Assembly: GCA_965197645.1 (NCBI GenBank)
Contig: OZ240219.1
Location: forward strand, 2,912,001-2,976,000
DNA: 64,000 nt
Direction: 5' to 3'
Origin: Dehalococcoidia bacterium
GTDB lineage: Bacteria > Chloroflexota > Dehalococcoidia > Plut-88900
Under the pieces are notes generated by a model. That model saw nothing but the letters and a program-made list of their open reading frames with translations, searched no databases and was not told the DNA's origin. A program made the position numbers and the translations under genes. Positions 57,898 through 64,000 of this stretch are shown here, one piece after another; position 1 is the first letter of the stretch, and the number at the start of each line of letters is the position of its first letter.

Positions 57898-60800
57898 CTC
57901 TCACCAGTAGGTCCAGACTCCTTATCCGGTTCACCGTTCTGGCTGCGTTGGCCATAGGCATCGTCATGCTGGCCCTCTCCTCCACCGGCTCGAATACGGT
58001 GGGGGCGCAGCAAGGCACCCTTCCCGATAAGCCCACGGGAGTCGTCGTCACGGCGACGCACGACTCGGTTTCCCTCACATGGGAGGACCCCGCCGACAGC
58101 ACCATCACCCACTATCAGATATTCCGGCGCGACCGCGCCGTCCACGATCCGGGCGAGTTCGTAGAAATAGACTCCAACACCGGCTCGGCGACGACCAGCT
58201 ACACGGATGCCAACGTGGAGCCGGAGGGCAGCTACGTGTACCGGGTGAAGGCGGTCAACCAGCACGGGGCCAGCACGTGGTCCAATTTCGTCCGGGCCGA
58301 CACCCCAGCCGCCCCCACTCCGCCCCCTACGCCGACACCAACACCAACGCCGTTGACCGCCTCGTTCGAGGACGAGGCCGAGACCCACAACGGCGCAGTG
58401 TCCTTCACCTTCCGTATCGAATTCAGCGAGGCCATCTCCATCAGCTACAAGACCCTCCGGGACCACTCCCTGGACGTGACCGACGGGTCAGTTACCCAAG
58501 CCAGGCGGGTGAATGGGAGCAGCAGTCTCTGGGAGATCACTGCCGAGCCCGACTCAGGCGCCGACGTGGCCATCACTCTGCCGGTCACCACCGACTGCGG
58601 CGACCAGGGAGCGGTCTGCACATCCGACGGAAGGAAGCTCTCCAACGAAGTGAAGCTGACCGTGACCGGCCCGGATGCGCCGGAGCCGACACCTACCCCG
58701 CAGCCCAACACACCGGCCACCGGCGTTCCCACCGTCAGCGGCACGGCCCGGGTGGGACAGACGCTGGAGGCGTTCACCAACGGCATATCTGACGCCGACG
58801 GGCTGGACGACGTGGCCTACAGCTACCAGTGGCTGGCTGACAACGCCGACATCGCAGGGGCTATGGGCAAGACCTACACGCTAGTGGCTGCCGACCAGGG
58901 CACGACCATCACGGTCCGTGTGACCTTCGACGACGACGCCAATAACGAAGAATCGCTCACCAGCGTGGCGACGGCCTCCGTCGCCGCGGCATCGGTTCCC
59001 GCCGACGTACAGGAAGCGCCGGCGTTCGCCGAGCGGGGCTACGTCTTCAACCTGGCGGAGAACACCGACGGCAGCACGAACCGGGTGTCGCTGGGCACGG
59101 TCTCGGCGACGGACCCGGAGGGTGCGGCGCTGACCTACAACATCGAGGGCGGCAACGCCTCGGGCCTGTTCGAGATCGACGCCGCGAGCGGTGAGCTGTT
59201 CTACACCGGCGCGGGCGAGGACTACGAGGCGGGCGCGGGGCCGTTCGAGCTGACGGTGCAGGCGAGCGACGGGGACCTCGCCACCCACACGATCGTGGTG
59301 GTCACCGTCAGAGACGTGCAGGAGGCGCCGGCGTTCGCCGAGCAGAGCTACGCCTTCGACCTGGAGGAGAACTCGTACGGCAGCGCGACGTGGGTGTCGC
59401 TGGGCACGGTCGCGGCGACCGATCAGGAGGGCGCGGCGCTGAGCTACAGCATCGAGGGCGGCAACGCCGCAGGGCTGTTCGAGATCGACGCGGCCAGTGG
59501 CGAGCTGTTCTACACCGGCGCGGGCGAGGACTTCGAGGCGGGCACGGGGCCGTTCGACCTGACGGTGCGGGCGAGCGACGGAGACCTCTCGATGGACACC
59601 GCCGTCACCGTCAGCGTCACCGATGTGCAGGAAGCCCCCAAGAGCGTATCCGAGCCCGACGGCGAGGACTTCTCCGCGAACAAATCCACGGACGGCCGGG
59701 TGGCGGTCGGCGACAGCGCCACGGGCGACATCGGCACCCCGAGAGACCGCGACTGGTTCGCCGTCGAGCTGGTGGCGGGCGGGGAGTACAGGTTCGACCT
59801 GATGGGCAGCCCGACGGGCGACGGCACGCTGTTCGATCCCGATCTGCGCGGCATCTACAACAACAAAGGGAGATTCATCCGAGGAACGATGGACGAGGAC
59901 GGCGGCACGGGCTTTAACAGCCGGGAGACGTTCACGCCGGACCAGGATGGCACCTACTACGTGGCAGCAGGCGGCCACGGAAGAGAGCAGGGCACTTACA
60001 CGCTGTCGGTGACGCTAGTGGAGGCGCCGCCGGTCAAGGGTATTGAGGTGGCGGACGCCGAGGCAACCGAAGGCTTGGACGCGCAGATCCTGTTCCGGGT
60101 GACGCTGGGCCGCGCCCCGTCCGAGCCGGTGACGGTCAGCTACGCCACGGCGGACGGGACGGCGGTAGCGGGGGAGGACTATGAAGCGACCTCCGGCACG
60201 CTGACCTTCGCCGCCGGCGAGACCGAGCAGACGGTGGCCGTGACGATCATCGACGATGCGGTGGAGGACAGCGGCGAGACGTTCCGGCTCGTGCTGAGCG
60301 GCCCAGCGGGGGCGGAACTGGCGGATGCCGAGGCGACCGGCACGATCCTGAACATCGACGAGTCGGTCTCCGAGGGGAGCTCCGACCTGCCCGCCGACAC
60401 CTCGACGAGCGGCGTCGTGGCGTTGGGCGGGTCGGCCACGGGAAATATCGCGTCGGAGGAGGACGCGGACTGGTTCAAGGTCGAGTTACAGGTGGGTCAG
60501 ACCTACCAGATTGATCTCGAGGGCTTGCCGACGGGCCAGGGGACGAATGAAGATCCCATTCTGGGCGGCATCTACGATAGGAATGGCGAGCAGATCCCCT
60601 TCTATTGGGACTCTAACAGTGGCAAAGGGACGAACGCCCGCCTGTACTTTCAGCCGGAGGCGAACGGAAATTATTACATCGCGGCCATTAGCAAAGAAAG
60701 AACCTCGCGCTCAGAGGGATCCCCGACCGGAACCTACCGGCTCTCCTTGACGGACGTGACGGATACGGAGATACCCGCCAGCACCGCCACCGCCGCGAGC

Positions 60801-61637
60801 GTCGCCGTGGGCGGCACCGCGACCGGGGAGATCGAGGCGTCGGGCGACCAGAACTGGTTCCGGGTCGAGCTCGATGCCGGCACGACCTACCTGATCGAGC
60901 AGAGGGGCGTCATTGGGTTCCTGGACGACCCGTGGATCATACCCGACGGAACAAGACGTTGCACCAGCTGTGGCTGGGACGAGGACTGGAGGGGAGAAGA
61001 TTTGCCGGACCACGGGACCTTGGTGACCCCGCTCATTCGCGGCATTCGCGACGTGGACGGCAATCTGATCGCGGGCACAGCACAAACCGATTTGCTGATC
61101 TTGTGGCTTCATCACTCCAGCGGCAACGAAAGCAAACCCTACTACGTCGGCCGGGTCGAATTCACCCCGGAGCAGACGGATACCTACTACATCGTCGCCG
61201 GCGCGCACACCGGCTACACGGGCACCTACGAGGTGTCGGTGAAAGAACCAGTATATAGCGCCACCATGACGGCGGGGAGCAGCACAGCCTCTGCAGTCAC
61301 GTTCGGCTGGGACGGCGACAGCACCTTCTTGGAAGGCGATGCCCTCACTGATGCCGATTTCGAGTATGAGAATGAAACGTACGAACTCTCCACCATCCTT
61401 ATCAACACCAACAACGGCAGGCTCGGAATGGTTATTGACGCCACAAACAGTGGCAGCATATCGGACGCGGCCGTCCGTAGTGTCATGGCGCTCCACGTCG
61501 ACGGCGTTGCATTCGCCCTGGGGGATGCTAGCTATACCCTACTGAGCTCCGGCGGACACTCTCTGACCTGGGATAACTCCGGCTTGACCTGGTCTGCCGG
61601 CGATACCGTGCAGTTGGAGATGTGGGTGACCGAGTAG
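57894..61637 (+). CDS. Large secreted modular surface protein (FN3, 2 cadherin-like, 3 PPC-like and Calx-beta domains)
   Basis: N-terminal signal/TM; PTPT linkers; DVQEAPAFAE cadherin pair; three D.DWF.VEL..G units; YATADGTAVAGEDY. Confidence 0.88.
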   Translation: MTLTSRSRLLIRFTVLAALAIGIVMLALSSTGSNTVGAQQGTLPDKPTGVVVTATHDSVSLTWEDPADSTITHYQIFRRDRAVHDPGEFVEIDSNTGSATTSYTDANVEPEGSYVYRVKAVNQHGASTWSNFVRADTPAAPTPPPTPTPTPTPLTASFEDEAETHNGAVSFTFRIEFSEAISISYKTLRDHSLDVTDGSVTQARRVNGSSSLWEITAEPDSGADVAITLPVTTDCGDQGAVCTSDGRKLSNEVKLTVTGPDAPEPTPTPQPNTPATGVPTVSGTARVGQTLEAFTNGISDADGLDDVAYSYQWLADNADIAGAMGKTYTLVAADQGTTITVRVTFDDDANNEESLTSVATASVAAASVPADVQEAPAFAERGYVFNLAENTDGSTNRVSLGTVSATDPEGAALTYNIEGGNASGLFEIDAASGELFYTGAGEDYEAGAGPFELTVQASDGDLATHTIVVVTVRDVQEAPAFAEQSYAFDLEENSYGSATWVSLGTVAATDQEGAALSYSIEGGNAAGLFEIDAASGELFYTGAGEDFEAGTGPFDLTVRASDGDLSMDTAVTVSVTDVQEAPKSVSEPDGEDFSANKSTDGRVAVGDSATGDIGTPRDRDWFAVELVAGGEYRFDLMGSPTGDGTLFDPDLRGIYNNKGRFIRGTMDEDGGTGFNSRETFTPDQDGTYYVAAGGHGREQGTYTLSVTLVEAPPVKGIEVADAEATEGLDAQILFRVTLGRAPSEPVTVSYATADGTAVAGEDYEATSGTLTFAAGETEQTVAVTIIDDAVEDSGETFRLVLSGPAGAELADAEATGTILNIDESVSEGSSDLPADTSTSGVVALGGSATGNIASEEDADWFKVELQVGQTYQIDLEGLPTGQGTNEDPILGGIYDRNGEQIPFYWDSNSGKGTNARLYFQPEANGNYYIAAISKERTSRSEGSPTGTYRLSLTDVTDTEIPASTATAASVAVGGTATGEIEASGDQNWFRVELDAGTTYLIEQRGVIGFLDDPWIIPDGTRRCTSCGWDEDWRGEDLPDHGTLVTPLIRGIRDVDGNLIAGTAQTDLLILWLHHSSGNESKPYYVGRVEFTPEQTDTYYIVAGAHTGYTGTYEVSVKEPVYSATMTAGSSTASAVTFGWDGDSTFLEGDALTDADFEYENETYELSTILINTNNGRLGMVIDATNSGSISDAAVRSVMALHVDGVAFALGDASYTLLSSGGHSLTWDNSGLTWSAGDTVQLEMWVTE

Positions 61638-61814
61638 GGAGGCGGCGTGCCGTTGAAGCGGCTGCGCCCGCGGGGCCTGAAGACGCAAAAAGGGCAGCAC
61701 ACATGGGAAGTCCGGGCGGGGCGGCGGTCCCGCCCGGACAACGGATTCGCCCAATTCCAGGAGTGGACAGACGGCGGGAGCGTCCTGGCGAGTCCCTGTG
61801 GAAGGACCGGCCAG

Positions 61815-62060
61815 ATGCCGAGACAGCGCATACACCACACCAGAGTGACCTACGACTTCCCCGACGACTTCCCTGAGCGGCTCGTGCGGTTCCAGGAGGA
61901 GTCGGGGCTGTCGTGGGCGGAGATCGCCCGTCGACTCGGCATCCATCCCTACACCATGAGGCGCTGGGTCCTGGGCCGGGCACGCCCCAGCATGCGTCAT
62001 ATGATGGCCCTGCTTGAGCTGGCCGAGGAGTTGGGCCTCGCCCACCTGTTCACCGACTGA
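61815..62060 (+). CDS. Small XRE HTH protein (MPRQRIHH family)
   Basis: DFPERLVRFQEESGLSWAEIARRLG...LAEELGLAHLF; GGAAGGA SD. Confidence 0.82.
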   Translation: MPRQRIHHTRVTYDFPDDFPERLVRFQEESGLSWAEIARRLGIHPYTMRRWVLGRARPSMRHMMALLELAEELGLAHLFTD

Positions 62061-62124
62061 GCCTGTGCAACAACCCGCGACGGCAGGGCCTGAAACGCAA
62101 AGAAGGCGACACACATGACCGCAA

Positions 62125-62157
62125 GGGGTAGCACACCGAATCGTGGTGTGCTACCCC
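62125..62157. terminator. Perfect 13-bp hairpin between convergent genes
   Basis: GGGGTAGCACACC-GAATCGT-GGTGTGCTACCCC. Confidence 0.6.
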
Positions 62158-62165
62158 CGGACTCT

Positions 62166-63272
62166 CTATGCGGCAGCCGGTTCCGGCTGCTTGAGCATGG
62201 CGGAGTAGCCCGGCATCAGGACGGGCGTCATCGACAACCGGCCCGCGCCGTCGTACCCGGCGCGGTAGGCGTACTCCGCCTTCGCGCCCCAGGGCACCCG
62301 GCCGCCGACCCGGACGGCGGGGCCTCCGGACCTGCCGCGGCGCCCCGGCCCGCCCGCGCCGTGCACCACCATGCCGCTCCGCTCGCCCTTCCGCCAGCCC
62401 AGCACCTTCAGCTCGGCGGGCATGACCCGCTCCTCCGACTTCGCGCGCCGGAACAGCACGGCGTGCAGCCTCTTCAGCACGCCCGCCGACGGGGTGGACT
62501 TGCCGTTCATGATCTGGGAGAGGTACGAGGAGCTGATGCCTGCGCGCCGTGCGACCTCGTTCTGGCTGAACCCGTGAGCGTCCATGTGGTCCCACAGGGC
62601 CTTCGGGTCGACGCAGGCAAGCTGCGCGGACGCGACCGTCGCCTCGGCCTCCAGCGCCGCCTCGACCAGCGCCTGGACCCTCACGCCCATGCTCTGGCGG
62701 CCCCGTGACACCATCGACATGTAGCTGGCGGACACGCCGACCCGCTCGGCCAGCTCCCGCATGGTCATGCCCAGGGCGCGGGCGCGCTCCCGGACGTAGC
62801 TGCTCTGCCCGCTCACCACGCTCGCCGGGCGGTTGGAGCACCGTGCGGGCGCGATCTTGGCCGGGGCCTTGAGCGCCGACTCGATCCGGGTCTGGACCTT
62901 GACGCCCATGTTGACGCGGCCACGGGCCACCCCCGACATGTATCCGTAGGACACCCCGGCGCGGTCGGCCAGGTCCCGCATGGTCAATCCCATCTCGCGG
63001 GCGCGCTCCCGGATGAAGCTGCTCTCGCCGGTCACGGCGCCGCCCTGTCGGTAGACGGTCCCCTGCCCGGGGACCTCTCCCAGGACCGCCATTACCTTCT
63101 GGCGCATCTTGGGAGTCCACGGCCTGCCCCCGTTCGCAAACTGCGACAGGTAGCCCGCGCTCACGCCCATCATGGCCGCGAGCTCCTTCATGGTGAGCCC
63201 CCGCCGCCTCGCCGCAGCCCTGAGCTCGCTCTCCGCCGTCCTCGTTCCGGTTGCCATCGTTGCCGTCGTCAT
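62166..63272 (-). CDS. Protein with four tandem XRE HTH domains and a C-terminal domain of unknown function
   Basis: Three G(L/M)TM..LA...GVS..Y.S units plus GFSQNEVARRAGISSSYLS; AGGAGG SD. Confidence 0.85.
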   Translation of the reverse strand: MTTATMATGTRTAESELRAAARRRGLTMKELAAMMGVSAGYLSQFANGGRPWTPKMRQKVMAVLGEVPGQGTVYRQGGAVTGESSFIRERAREMGLTMRDLADRAGVSYGYMSGVARGRVNMGVKVQTRIESALKAPAKIAPARCSNRPASVVSGQSSYVRERARALGMTMRELAERVGVSASYMSMVSRGRQSMGVRVQALVEAALEAEATVASAQLACVDPKALWDHMDAHGFSQNEVARRAGISSSYLSQIMNGKSTPSAGVLKRLHAVLFRRAKSEERVMPAELKVLGWRKGERSGMVVHGAGGPGRRGRSGGPAVRVGGRVPWGAKAEYAYRAGYDGAGRLSMTPVLMPGYSAMLKQPEPAAA

Positions 63273-63328
63273 CGGTCCGTCCTCCTTCTGTTGTGATGTG
63301 TTGCCTTTGGCCTGCGCCCGCTTGCGGG

Positions 63329-63369
63329 CAAAGAAGAAGGGCCGTCCCCGATGAACGAGGACGACCCTT
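63329..63369 (-). terminator. Terminator-like hairpin with U-rich tail upstream of the 4xHTH gene
   Basis: Minus strand AAGGGTCGTCC-N11-GGACGGCCCTT followed by CTTCTTT. Confidence 0.55.
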
Positions 63370-63591
63370 GTGAATGGGGATGTGTGGTGAGAGCCGGAGG
63401 CCCCGCCGTCAACGGCGATGGACCTCGTTGACGTGCATAGCCGCCTCCTTTCAGGTGTTGACCCGTGCCGGGCATCCGTGGCGCGGGCCGTTCGTGATGG
63501 GACTGGTTGACGCTGGACGCACTCCGCCCACGGTCGGATGCCGGACGCGGAAGACGGAGGGGGAGTGAGAGAAGACGCAGCTCGGCCCAGA

Positions 63592-63615
63592 GCCTGCCCC
63601 GTACTTGATACGGGG
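63592..63615. repeat. REP-like mini hairpin GCCTGCCCCGTACTTGATACGGGG
   Basis: CCCCGTA/TACGGGG stem; single copy in this window. Confidence 0.45.
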
Positions 63616-63934
63616 GTGATTCGTCGGGGAATCGACTCCGGGGGAGCTGCTATGAGGGGAGCGGCCGGCCTACGACTTCATCGCAGACCAGCGCATGAGA
63701 GAAGACGCAGTTCGCGCAGGGCGCAAAACGTCCGTGGGGGAAGCTGCGAGGCGTGAAGCGGCCAGCCTGCTCGGAACGGCAGACCGGCGCATGTCGAAGG
63801 TGCGGCCCGGCTCCGTGTCAGCCATGCCGCGGGCATGAGGAGCCGGTCGGGGCGACAGACCTGTCTGCAAGAGGCAGGCGCACTCCGACCGACTGGTTGA
63901 GGACGAGGCGCGGGGAGCGCTCCGTCCCTGGTGC

Positions 63935-64000
63935 CCAGCGGGAGAAGCGATCAACTCCAAGCGCCGGACCAGAGTCCAGCGGGAGAAGCGATCAACCCCA
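63935..64000. repeat. Direct repeat CCAGCGGGAGAAGCGATCAACYCCA x2, period 41 bp, cut by the window edge
   Basis: Copies start at 63935 and 63976 with 16 nt between them. Confidence 0.8.

Larger units (their letters stand above)
37903..64000. mobile_element. Integrative element/genomic island inserted at tRNA-Ser; right end probably beyond the window
   Basis: Integrase directly after the tRNA, AlpA, immunity switch and accessory cargo; no second att copy seen in the window. Confidence 0.8.

Noticed and set aside
45010-61637. Diversity-generating retroelement or shufflon acting on the adhesins
   Set aside because: No reverse transcriptase, no TR/VR pair with adenine-biased mismatches, and no invertase or inverted sfx-type sites seen.
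57451-61637. Poly-C frameshift producing an N-terminally extended adhesin
   Set aside because: The adhesin frame has stops at 57600 and 57888 upstream of its ATG, so no tract length yields a fusion.
61673-61705. c-di-GMP-I riboswitch suggested by GACGCAAA
   Set aside because: Lacks the upstream GGCAAAC...GAAA stem and the downstream conserved P2 elements.
63935-64000. CRISPR array
   Set aside because: Only two repeats, a 16-nt interval is too short for typical spacers, and no cas genes are in the window; kept only as an unclassified repeat.
37903-64000. Prophage or complete ICE
   Set aside because: No structural, packaging, relaxase or T4SS genes are visible in the window.

Overview
GC-rich bacterial chromosome segment, most consistent with a Chloroflexota/Dehalococcoidia (SAR202-like, possibly host-associated) genome. 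This is an inference from the multiple luciferase-like monooxygenase, F420, Rieske, diiron and CoA-transferase genes and the Calx-beta/SwmB/FN3 giant proteins. Positions 1-37.9 kb are core and catabolic genes: a TetR-led classical menaquinone cluster (menFDH, menC, menBA), mutM-polA, arsM, coaD-rsmD, greA-lysS, an orphan DNA methyltransferase, serS, and an oxidative/aromatic catabolic block with two inverted diiron-protein paralogs. Two families of nested palindromic intergenic repeats are interspersed. From tRNA-Ser(TGA) (37813-37902) to the window end lies an integrated element with a P4-like integrase, AlpA, a CI/Cro-like switch and an ImmA homolog lacking its catalytic Glu. These are followed by two tandem modules of identical logic: [two-component regulator] <- -> [giant secreted modular surface protein] -> [conserved boundary motif + hairpin] -> [small XRE gene]. 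Module 2 has OmpR-type direct repeats at its promoter and a C14 tract inside a leader ORF whose stop overlaps the adhesin start, a candidate phase-variable translational-coupling switch. A 4xHTH protein with a leader-peptide/terminator arrangement and the start of a possible repeat array close the window. All calls are from motif recognition by eye; no database searches were run.
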